The notes under the pieces were generated by a model that saw only the letters and a program-made list of their open reading frames with translations, searched no databases and had not been told where the DNA came from. From contig OY843751.1 of NCBI GenBank assembly GCA_963693055.1, forward strand, positions 1,370,072 through 1,434,071: a DNA stretch of 64,000 nt, read 5' to 3'. The position numbers and the translations under genes were made by a program. Shown here one piece after another: positions 1-8,495 of the stretch (position 1 is its first letter; each line of letters starts with the position of its first letter). This DNA comes from a bacterium (lineage in GTDB: Bacteria; Zhuqueibacterota; Zhuqueibacteria; Residuimicrobiales; Krinioviventaceae).

Positions 1-277
1 TCGCCAGTAGTATGGTCAGTTCCGCTGAGCCATGCGCTATGAAAGTCATATGCACTGTATCCTACACTATAGTAACCTTCAGGTCCAAGTTCATTATTAA
101 TACCAACCTGGTCTGCAATAAAAGTATAACCGCTTGAAAAGCCAGAATTTCCCAATGAAAAATCTCCGTTAACTATTACAATTCTTTCAGCATAAATCAT
201 CATTGTTGTACTGAAAATATAGATTGCAATTGTCATACAAAAATTGACAGGTGTAATTCTTAATAAATTGTGTTTCA
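1..277 (-). CDS. Hypothetical secreted protein, N-terminal fragment (gene continues past window start)
   Basis: Reverse-complement ORF begins ATG at 275-277 (MKHNLLRITPVNFCMTIAIYIFSTTMM...) with a hydrophobic signal-like N-terminus and runs off the window edge; not in the ORF track because it is truncated. Confidence 0.35.
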
Positions 278-670
278 TGCTATTTTCTTTCCCTCATTCT
301 TCAAGTCTGGAGCCTGACTTGTTGTGTTGATCTTGAAATTTGAACTTGATTGTCATTTTTTAGTCAGGTTGATCTATTCATGACATGTACCCAGAATTCT
401 CCAGCAAGCATCATTCCTTAGATTCTTGCTGAGAAAAGTACAGCACGGTAGGGCTCAAGTTAGTTCATCCGCAAGAAAAACGGTAAAAATAATATAATGT
501 TTAGCCATTTTTGTTTATACTGTTTTGTATTTTTACCCATTGATATAAAAATTATATTAATTTGTTTAAAGTTAAAAAATTTCTATATTTACAACATAAT
601 TGTATTTGTTAAAATTGGTAAAACTTTACATTAATGATAAAGATTAAACGGTATTGATAAAATATATGGA

Positions 671-2413
671 GTGAATGATTTGGGAAAATTCAGTTTATTA
701 ATACAGTTTGTTTTTATGTTTTGTTTTGTCCTCCTGGGATCCCCAACTGCTCAATCAAACACATTTGATTTTGACGCTCAGATACGTGGTTTGGATACAT
801 TGAATATTGAACAATTCCGTTTGGAAATTGATACATTATATTTTGAACTGGAACGTATCAATGACTATGAAATTAAAAAGGAATATGCCGATCGTCTTTT
901 TGCCATCACTAAGGAGAGGGACGAGTTGGCTCACATTCGTTCGTTGGTTTATCCGGTAATCTATCCGGATTCTATCAAAGTACTTTATATGAATGAAGCC
1001 TTTGAAATTGCGAAAAGATTAAACTCTGTTAAAGAATTAGCATGGTTGGAGGAAAGGCGTTGTCGTTATTTTATGGGAAAAGCCCAGTATGATTCGGCAA
1101 TGATAAGCTTATTAATATTGAGAGATGAATTCAGTCCCAGCCCTGGCAGTGAAGAATACCTGAATATTGAAAACCTATTGGGAGATATTTACTATAGAAC
1201 CGGTATGTATGAACAAGCATTGACTGCCTACCAAAATATTTATAAAGAGTTTGTAAAGCAGGACAAATGGAATTATTGGCGACCTTTTGTTCTCATGAAC
1301 AATATGGGTTTAATAGGTATAGTAACATCTGATTATCAATTAGCAGAAAACTGGTTTAGCAAGTCATTAGAAAAAGCCAGACAATATTTGATGGTTCCTG
1401 AAAAAAATAATATCATTGCTTATATTTTGGTGAAATTAATGCAAGTAAATATCGAAAAGGAAAGCTATGATGTAGCCAGAAATTATTTACAGCAAATATT
1501 ATCTATACCACAAGATCAATTTTATACTGATGTTCACCAGGAACTTTTGTTTTGGAAAAGTATGCTATTGTTAAAAGAGGGGGATGCAGATGGAGCATTG
1601 GAACAGGTACAAGCTTTATTAGATTATGGTAAAAAAAGACAAGCTGCTGTGCGGTTTAAAACTGAAGTTAATTTATTGCTATCTCAAATATACAAAGCGC
1701 AAGGTAAACGCCAATTGGCTTTACAGCATTTGGAAAAATATACAGTTGTAAATGATTCTTTAATGAAATATAATCACTCTATTCGTTCGTTACTTTTACT
1801 GGCAGAAAAAGATCATAAACTTACAAGAGAAAAGTTGAAAGCTGCCAAACGTCAGGAATTATGGTTGTTTTCATTCATAGCAATTATATTATTAGCCTTG
1901 GTGATTGTTGTTCTGTTATACAGGCGTCTTTATCTGTCAAAATTGAAAATGGTTGATAATGCAATGGAAAAAGAATTAAAAGGTGAAAAACAATCTGTAT
2001 CAACCCGATTTAATGAGTTGCCAAAAGATACTGAACAGCAAGAGGGCACGTTTCAACTACTTTTCCAGTTGGACGAATTAATAAATGAGAAAAAAATATA
2101 TCTTGATCCTGATTTGAATATTCAAAAAACAGCAGACTATTTATCTACTAATCGAACCTATTTATCTACAGCTATAAATAATACCTACAATATGAACTTT
2201 CCTACCTATATTAATCGCTTGCGTATACAGGAATCTATACACCTGATTGCTGAGGGTTTTACAAAAAATCAGACACTGGAAGCATTGGCATCACAATCCG
2301 GCTTTGCCAATCGGGTAGTATTTGTAACAGCGTTTAAAAAGTATACCGGTGTTACTCCGTCCTTTTTTATCAAGAATTTTGAGCATTATCATGCAAAGCT
2401 GGTTGAAAAATAA
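671..2413 (+). CDS. Membrane-anchored AraC-family transcriptional regulator with N-terminal TPR-like repeat region
   Basis: 580 aa. N-terminal signal/hydrophobic segment, TPR-like helical repeats, one TM helix (LWLFSFIAIILLALVIVVLLY), and a C-terminal AraC-type HTH (YLSTNRTYLSTAIN...FANRVVFVTAFKKYTGVTPSFF). GTG start at 671 with GGAG upstream; a TTG at 680 is an alternative start. Confidence 0.7.
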   Translation: MNDLGKFSLLIQFVFMFCFVLLGSPTAQSNTFDFDAQIRGLDTLNIEQFRLEIDTLYFELERINDYEIKKEYADRLFAITKERDELAHIRSLVYPVIYPDSIKVLYMNEAFEIAKRLNSVKELAWLEERRCRYFMGKAQYDSAMISLLILRDEFSPSPGSEEYLNIENLLGDIYYRTGMYEQALTAYQNIYKEFVKQDKWNYWRPFVLMNNMGLIGIVTSDYQLAENWFSKSLEKARQYLMVPEKNNIIAYILVKLMQVNIEKESYDVARNYLQQILSIPQDQFYTDVHQELLFWKSMLLLKEGDADGALEQVQALLDYGKKRQAAVRFKTEVNLLLSQIYKAQGKRQLALQHLEKYTVVNDSLMKYNHSIRSLLLLAEKDHKLTREKLKAAKRQELWLFSFIAIILLALVIVVLLYRRLYLSKLKMVDNAMEKELKGEKQSVSTRFNELPKDTEQQEGTFQLLFQLDELINEKKIYLDPDLNIQKTADYLSTNRTYLSTAINNTYNMNFPTYINRLRIQESIHLIAEGFTKNQTLEALASQSGFANRVVFVTAFKKYTGVTPSFFIKNFEHYHAKLVEK

Positions 2414-2451
2414 TAACTATTTTTTCATAACAAAATTTATTTTAGAAAAGT

Positions 2452-2487
2452 GTATAGCTCTTTCGGTATTTTCCGAAAGAGCTATAC
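2452..2487. terminator. Bidirectional rho-independent terminator between convergent genes
   Basis: Perfect 15-bp inverted repeat GTATAGCTCTTTCGG-tatttt-CCGAAAGAGCTATAC, flanked by AT/T-rich runs on both strands, lying between the 671..2413(+) stop and the 2506..3846(-) stop. Confidence 0.6.
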
Positions 2488-2505
2488 AAATTTTGTTATA
2501 AAATA

Positions 2506-3846
2506 TTATTTGATAAACAATACTTTTTGTGAATGAGTTGTGTTCCCTGTATTCATCTGAATCAGATAAGTACCGCTTGGGGTAAGCTGACCGCTATCTG
2601 TAGAGCCATTCCACTGGACCGAATATTCTCCTGCAGGCTGTTTTTGGTTAATCAGCTGTTTGATCTGACGACCCAAAACATCATAAACTGTCATGGTAAT
2701 GTGGTTGTCTTTTGCTAAATTATACTTGAGCGTTGTGGTTGGATTAAACGGATTTGGATAGGCTGTAAATAATTGTGTGGAAACAGGCACTGTTTCGTTA
2801 ACAGATGTTGTACCAATAATGTTTATTGTTCCGGTTATGCTGGCTTCGGTGAGACGATAGATGTAATTCATTCCCGCTGAAGCATTCTTGTCTGTATAAA
2901 TATATTGCGATGGGGAAGAGGTAGTACCTTGACCCGTTAATTCCGTATGGGTTTTGTACGAGGCGATCTGCAGCCAATGGGTATCATCGGTTTTACGATC
3001 GATAATAAAACCGAGATTATCTCTTTCGCTGGAAGTGATCCATTCGATATCGATCCCCATTGAGGTAGAAACTGCAGTTAAGGATTGTAAAGCGACAGGC
3101 AAACTTCCATCCAGTCCTGTACCTTGTATGGAAAAGCTAAAGGAACTTTCGTCTTGATCATCGTTGGATATTGTAATTGTTGCCGAGCGTGTTCCCTGTA
3201 CAGTAGGATCAAAGGTTACCTGAAAGGTTGATGAGCTGCCTATACCAATTTCAGAATTGGGATCAAGAGTGACAGAAAAATCACCAGCATGAGTACCGCC
3301 AATCTCAACCAGGGGGGCGCCTGTTAATCCTAATGGCCATACCCCACTGTTAGATATAGTAAAAGAGTGAACTACTGTTTGAGATGTAATATCGGCATCA
3401 CCAAAGTCTGTATTGTCGGTAAGCGATGGTAAAGGATCGTTGTTTTTAATGTTTTGTCCATTACCGGATACAGATATTTCTGGCCAAAGTACAGTAACCA
3501 GAGGAGTGCCGGTTGCTTCACCCCACAAAACCCACCCCGAAGCTGGCGGTTCAGATGGGGGTGCCTCCGGATCTCTATATTCTACGAAATATAAAATATC
3601 ATCATCATCATTATAGTTGGTATCAATATTCCAGTATTCAACGCCGCCGTACCAGTCACAATAGACGTAATTTCCGTCAACGTCCATCCAGTATTTGTAA
3701 CCATCACTATCTACACCTTGTACACTATAGGTGCCGTTTACATTTGCAGGAGTAGTGATTCCGGTAATTTTCAAACCCTGACTGTAAACCTTTAAAGTAG
3801 TAATTATTACAAATACCAGAAAAATTGTTTGATTTAATTTTTTCAT
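2506..3846 (-). CDS. Secreted T9SS cargo protein: N-terminal domain + conserved FN3-like module + Por/T9SS C-terminal sorting domain
   Basis: 446 aa with a signal peptide (MKKLNQTIFLVFVIITTLKVYSQ). It carries the conserved module SLPVALQSLTAV...IEWITSSERDNLGFIIDRKTDD...YIYRL and the CTD LFTAYPNPFNPTTTLKYNLAKDNHITMTVYDVLGRQIK...GTYLIQM...QKVLFIK. Confidence 0.8.
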   Translation of the reverse strand: MKKLNQTIFLVFVIITTLKVYSQGLKITGITTPANVNGTYSVQGVDSDGYKYWMDVDGNYVYCDWYGGVEYWNIDTNYNDDDDILYFVEYRDPEAPPSEPPASGWVLWGEATGTPLVTVLWPEISVSGNGQNIKNNDPLPSLTDNTDFGDADITSQTVVHSFTISNSGVWPLGLTGAPLVEIGGTHAGDFSVTLDPNSEIGIGSSSTFQVTFDPTVQGTRSATITISNDDQDESSFSFSIQGTGLDGSLPVALQSLTAVSTSMGIDIEWITSSERDNLGFIIDRKTDDTHWLQIASYKTHTELTGQGTTSSPSQYIYTDKNASAGMNYIYRLTEASITGTINIIGTTSVNETVPVSTQLFTAYPNPFNPTTTLKYNLAKDNHITMTVYDVLGRQIKQLINQKQPAGEYSVQWNGSTDSGQLTPSGTYLIQMNTGNTTHSQKVLFIK

Positions 3847-3873
3847 TTTCTTTCTCTTGTTTACTAATACTTT

Positions 3874-4431
3874 TTAAAATGGATTTTCACCATTTACACA
3901 AATATAATATCGAAGTACTAGAACCGGTTGAATATTGGAATGTGGTTGATTTTCACCGGACGATATAATTACACCTGGGGCCATTGTTGTTGAAGAGATG
4001 GAAGGAGAGGAATAGTATTTTAGATCATCATACTTTTCATCCATTTCTTTTATTTTTGCAGGATAATTGTTTTCAATTTCCAAGTTGTCTGCATCTTTAT
4101 TAGAGCAAAATACCGAATGATTATGGGAAGGTATTTGAGATTTGGTTAAAGTTACTTCACTAGCCCCCCCTGTTTCTCCCAAAGTACGTGCTGTTAGTTT
4201 CGCTCGTTTACCCACTCCAACCACTACTCTGTCTTTCAGGTTCGGAATTGCAAAATTGTTGACCCCATCTCCTCCGAAATGATTTCCAATTATTGCAAAT
4301 AATTCAGGATATTCTGTAATTTTTAACAGACGGCCATCGCAATATTTCCAATTTGTAGTAATAAATTCTCCGTACAGATTGTAGGGGAATGCTTCTATTG
4401 TACCCATAAAACTGGTTTCACTGGCCATCAT
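3874..4431 (-). CDS. Phage tail collar domain protein (MdpB-like), paralog 3 of a tandem triad
   Basis: Collar-domain signature FAIPNLKDRVVVGVGK...SHNHSV...NIQPVLVLRYYICVNG. The start was moved to ATGATG at 4431/4428, which has an AAGGAG RBS 4 nt upstream; the track ORF's 5' extension to 4476 overlaps the upstream gene. Confidence 0.7.
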   Translation of the reverse strand: MMASETSFMGTIEAFPYNLYGEFITTNWKYCDGRLLKITEYPELFAIIGNHFGGDGVNNFAIPNLKDRVVVGVGKRAKLTARTLGETGGASEVTLTKSQIPSHNHSVFCSNKDADNLEIENNYPAKIKEMDEKYDDLKYYSSPSISSTTMAPGVIISSGENQPHSNIQPVLVLRYYICVNGENPF

Positions 4432-4987
4432 GTTCTCCTTTGTTTTCAGATTCATGCCTTGGGGGAAAGATACCATTTATACATATAATATAATTTAAAC
4501 AGAAAAATGGCATCATATTCTCATGACCCTCGCCATCGCCTGTCATACCAATCATATTTTTTTTCATTAATACATCTTTATCTTTTCTATAAAAATGATA
4601 TTTGTTAGAACTACTGTTTTGTGCCGGATAATTATTTTCAGGATCATTAACCAAACCTGTTCTACCTGGTGTTGTAGTACATTGTAAAAGGTGATTATGT
4701 AATGGCATTTGATCTCTTTCCAATATTATTTTTTCATATCCACCATGATTCCCAAGATTGAAGTTTGACGATTCTCCTTGACCGGTCCCAACCGGTATAC
4801 ATCCGCGCAAATCCGGCAATGCTATTGTAGTTCGGCCATCACCCCCAAAATTGTTGCCGATTAGGGCTGCAAGTGCCTTGTGATCTGAAATGGATAATAG
4901 TGATCCATCACAAATTGCCCAATTGGTAGGGATTTTGGGGCCAGCAAAAAGTGCAATTTCTCCCAGAAAACTGTTTAAACCTGCCAT
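4418..4987 (-). CDS. Phage tail collar domain protein (MdpB-like), paralog 2
   Basis: FAGPKIPTNWAICDGSLLSISDHKALAALIGNNFGGDGRTTIALPDLRGCIPVG...LHNH...NMMPFFCLNYIICINGIFP matches the tail-collar (microcystin-dependent protein) family. Confidence 0.75.
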   Translation of the reverse strand: MAGLNSFLGEIALFAGPKIPTNWAICDGSLLSISDHKALAALIGNNFGGDGRTTIALPDLRGCIPVGTGQGESSNFNLGNHGGYEKIILERDQMPLHNHLLQCTTTPGRTGLVNDPENNYPAQNSSSNKYHFYRKDKDVLMKKNMIGMTGDGEGHENMMPFFCLNYIICINGIFPPRHESENKGEHDGQ

Positions 4988-5003
4988 TTTTTATCTCCTG
5001 AAT

Positions 5004-5531
5004 TTATTCAACTGGTTCCTGTTCATGAGGATATGTACCTTCAACACATATGATATAATGCAAAGCCAAAAAAGGCTGCATGTTAGAGTGCCCGTTGATA
5101 CCACCTTCCTGGCTTATTATCTCATCTCCCATTGTTTTGTTATCATGTTCTGCGCAATAACATAAAATGTTTTCAAGGTTTGGTTTTGCGAAAATATTGT
5201 TTTGGGGCTCGAAAGATTTTGTTGTATCACTAACATCACAAAATACAGAGTGGCTATGAGACGGTGTATGATATTTTTGTAGATTAGATTTTTCTTTTCC
5301 CAGATAGGTTGCAAGATTATAGTTGCCTTCTCCCATTACTGCTCTGCCATTTAGGTTAGGTAAAGCAAAATATTCATGACCGTCCCCTCCATATTTTATA
5401 TGAATAATAGAATACAGTTTTGTGTATTTTACAATCTTTAGCATATCACCATTACAGAACATCCAGTTCTTGGGTAGATAACTCCCGGCATAAAGTTTAA
5501 TGGTTCCAATAAAATCATTGTTTTCTTGCAT
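5004..5531 (-). CDS. Phage tail collar domain protein (MdpB-like), paralog 1
   Basis: YAGSYLPKNWMFCNGDMLKIVKYTKLYSIIHIKYGGDGHEYFALPNLNGRAVMG...SHSHSV...NMQPFLALHYIICVEGTYP. Confidence 0.75.
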   Translation of the reverse strand: MQENNDFIGTIKLYAGSYLPKNWMFCNGDMLKIVKYTKLYSIIHIKYGGDGHEYFALPNLNGRAVMGEGNYNLATYLGKEKSNLQKYHTPSHSHSVFCDVSDTTKSFEPQNNIFAKPNLENILCYCAEHDNKTMGDEIISQEGGINGHSNMQPFLALHYIICVEGTYPHEQEPVE

Positions 5532-5849
5532 AAACCCTCCTGTTTGATTTTTGAATTTGGAATTGTCAAACCAGTCCCCTTAATTTTGCCCGGTTTTATT
5601 AACAGGAATTGTATTGGAGGGACCAATTTATTCATATACAAATGCAACTGAATTGATGTAAAGATATGGAATATATTGATGCCCTAACAAGCACATATGT
5701 TTCAAAATGCAGAGATTATGTTGCATTTGAGATGTTGAAAGGTGATTTTTCGAGAAAAAATTGTATTTTGCGGATAATTGGTTTATGAATTGAAAAACTT
5801 TAATTCAGGGTTCTGATAGTATTTAAATTGTGAATGGTGTGTAAAGAAA

Positions 5850-5879
5850 CCTCCCCGGAATCATCGATTCCAGGGAGGG
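5850..5879 (-). terminator. Candidate rho-independent terminator of 5886..7061
   Basis: Inverted repeat CCTCCCCGGAATC-atc-GATTCCAGGGAGG, with one G.U position on the minus-strand RNA, 7 nt downstream of the minus-strand stop and followed on that strand by GUUUCUUUAC. Confidence 0.45.
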
Positions 5880-5885
5880 AGATAG

Positions 5886-7061
5886 TTATTTTAAAAGTTG
5901 AATTTTCTGGCTCTGATGGTAACGTGCTGTATGCATACGAACCAGATAAGTCCCGCTTGCTGCTGTTACGCCTGAATCCGTTGAGCCGTCCCATTGGATG
6001 GTATATTCACCGGCGGCCTGGTGCTGATCGGCCAGCATTTTGATCTGGCGGCCCAATATGTCATAAACAGCGAGAGTCATATGGCTGTCTATCGCTAACT
6101 GGTATTTGAGCATTGTGGTTGGATTAAAAGGATTGGGATACGCTGCGAACAACTGTGTAGTTAAAGGCACAGTTGATTTAGCAGATGTTGTTCCGATCTC
6201 GTTCCTGTCACCGTTTATATTGACTTCAAACAATCGATAACTGTAATCTGCTCCTGCTGTAATATTTGCATCCGTAAAACTGTAATCAGACGGGGAAGAC
6301 GTTGTTCCTTGTCCCGCCATTCTGTCATCGGATTGGTATGAAGCGATCTTTTGCCAGTCGGATTTATCTGTTTTGCGCTCGATGATGAACCCGAGATTAT
6401 CGGATTCGCTGGCGGTGGTCCATTGCAACTCTACAGAATTGCCTTTACCTATTGCTGAAAAGGAGAGCAGTTCAACGGGCAGGGAGGCGTCAGCTTCAAA
6501 CTGAAAATCATCTATCATTAAATAAATAACATTGTTTGTACCATAAGGTTCTATAATAAATTCAAGTTCATCCAATGTGTATGATGAATAACTGCTTAAA
6601 TCGATATATGTGAAATAATTATTTGTAGAAGTGGTGTTGAATTCGTTATAATTGATTGTATGGGTAAACTGTGTACCTCCATCGAGTTTTCCTCTTATTA
6701 ATATATTGTTATATTTTACAATCTGCTTTGAGGTATTGAGGGGAATGATATACAATTCATGAACTTTAAAATCGCTGGTAGTGTTGGTAAATGAACCCAC
6801 AGTTCCACCCCCGTATACCGGGTTGGCAAAATTAGATATAAAATAATCATCATCAAATCCCCAGCCGGCCTTGTAATCCACTTCTAACTGGCTGGTAACG
6901 TTGAAATTTAATGTTCCTTCCGAAAAGGATTTGTCACCATCGGAATGATCTGCAAATTTTTCAGTAGTTTGTGAATAAACACTTGATACAAATAAAAGCA
7001 GGGATAAAAAAATGTAGACTATAAGCGCTCTCTTTATTGAAAAATTTGAAAAATATTTCAT
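5886..7061 (-). CDS. Secreted T9SS cargo protein (N-terminal beta-rich domain + FN3-like module + T9SS CTD)
   Basis: 391 aa with a signal peptide. Module ASLPVELLSFSAIGKGNSVELQWTTASESDNLGFIIERKTDKSDW...YSYRLFEVNINGDRNEIGTTS and CTD LFAAYPNPFNPTTMLKYQLAIDSHMTLAVYDILGRQIKMLADQHQAAGEYTIQWDGSTDSG. The last ~220 nt are ~97% identical at the DNA level to the 3' end of 8496..11114. Confidence 0.8.
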   Translation of the reverse strand: MKYFSNFSIKRALIVYIFLSLLLFVSSVYSQTTEKFADHSDGDKSFSEGTLNFNVTSQLEVDYKAGWGFDDDYFISNFANPVYGGGTVGSFTNTTSDFKVHELYIIPLNTSKQIVKYNNILIRGKLDGGTQFTHTINYNEFNTTSTNNYFTYIDLSSYSSYTLDELEFIIEPYGTNNVIYLMIDDFQFEADASLPVELLSFSAIGKGNSVELQWTTASESDNLGFIIERKTDKSDWQKIASYQSDDRMAGQGTTSSPSDYSFTDANITAGADYSYRLFEVNINGDRNEIGTTSAKSTVPLTTQLFAAYPNPFNPTTMLKYQLAIDSHMTLAVYDILGRQIKMLADQHQAAGEYTIQWDGSTDSGVTAASGTYLVRMHTARYHQSQKIQLLK

Positions 7062-7171
7062 TTTGCCTCCTGTACAGTTTTTTTTAGGGTTTTTTGTCCC
7101 AATTTGAAATTTTATGAAATTTGTAATATTATACCAATAAAAAATATTTTTTCATCAGACATGAAAAATGA

Positions 7172-8050
7172 TAAGATAAAGTTACTTTATAAGCATAATT
7201 TTTTGTAACTGGTTAAGACCATTTGCCTGCATGCGCACCAGGTACGTGCCGCTTGGCGCGGCAGCTCCCGAGTCCATTGTTCCGTTTCATTGAATAGAAT
7301 ATTCACCTGCTGATTGTTCAGCATTTTAATCTGTCTGCCCAGTACGTTATATACTGCCAACGTTACGTGGCTATCTTTTGCCAGATTATAATTCAGGGTT
7401 GTTGACGGATTGTAGTACACCGCGAACAACTGTGTAGTTACAGGCACAGTTGATTTATCAGATGTTGTACCTATCTCGTTTCTGTCACCGTTTATATTGA
7501 CTTCGGAGAGGCGATAATCGTTATCCATTCCAGCGGTTACATCGGTATCGCTATAGCTGTATTGTGACGAGGAGGAGGTGGTGCCTTTTCCCACGAGCGC
7601 GTTATCGGTTTGGTAAGATGCAATCTTTTGCCAGTCGGATTTATCTATTTTGCGCTCGATGATGAAACCGAGATTGTCGGATTCGCTGGCGGTGGTCCAT
7701 TGCAACTCGACTAAATTGTTTTTACCTGCAGCAGAGAAGGAAAGCAGTTCAACGGGCAGGGAGGCGTCCGTAACAGTACCACTTCCACTAACTGGGGCAA
7801 AATTTAAACCTAAAGGTGAGGCAGGTGCAGTACCTACTACATAGTATGGAGTATAATAAAATAATATATCCTCTTTATCATTAGTGTTATCATCTATAAT
7901 CCAGTAATCATAGGTGCCGTTTGCGGCAATAGGAGATGTTATACCGGAAACGGTCAAATCTCCAGCCCAAAGCGGTAAATTCGATCCTAATAGTAGAAAT
8001 AAAAACAATAGGTGATCCGATCTTAATTGTAATTTTTGTAACAATTTCAT
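7172..8050 (-). pseudogene. Decayed paralog of the FN3-module/T9SS-CTD family (frameshift plus in-frame TGA at the conserved CTD Trp)
   Basis: The track ORF 7187..8050 reads out of frame after GRQIKML. In the conserved frame the sequence reads AEQSAGEYSIQ*NGTMDSGAAAPSGTYLVRMQANGLNQLQKIMLIK*, with TGA (7288-7290) where paralogs have TGG (IQW). A frameshift sits near 7325, and the PNPFNP motif is degenerated to LFAVYYNPSTTLNY. Confidence 0.65.
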
Positions 8051-8398
8051 ATTTACTACTTTTTTTGTTTCGAGAATATTTTAGTATGATACGTATGATT
8101 TTTGATCAGGGTTAAAATTAAGGTTAGAGCAAGTGCATAAATTTGACACTTGAATTTTATTATAAATTTCCTGAATGCATATACTAATGCTTATCATGTT
8201 CCACGTATTATCTTTAGTATTGTAGAAACTTTTGTCTATTAACGTGTCGTAATGTTACTTGTCGTACAGATAAATGTACAGTAATATGTAAATTTTGATC
8301 AAATTGATATTGTTTTTCTATGGTAAGGTAAAGTTTGTTATTGATTAATATAAAAATCTAATAATGAAAAGTCAATGTTTAAAAAGGATTTACGTAAA

Positions 8399-8431
8399 AA
8401 AAGCCCTTCCTGGAAATTCCGAAAGGGCTTT
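8399..8431 (-). terminator. Rho-independent terminator of 8496..11114
   Basis: AAAGCCCTT-cctggaaattccg-AAGGGCTTT hairpin followed on the minus strand by a U7 run; downstream of the minus-strand stop at 8496. Confidence 0.55.
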
Positions 8432-8495
8432 AATTATTTTGAAAAAAGTAAGTCGGGATATTAGTATATCTAATCCATGACGAGATGGAGTTGAA

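Noticed and set aside
7288-7290. In-frame TGA at the conserved Trp of a T9SS CTD, considered as possible TGA=Trp/Gly recoding (genetic code 4/25) or selenocysteine
   Set aside because: All other conserved Trp positions in paralogs use TGG; at least one other gene (4418..4987) terminates sensibly at TGA; a second lesion (a frameshift) is present in the same gene; no SECIS-like hairpin follows. Pseudogene or sequencing error is the simpler explanation.
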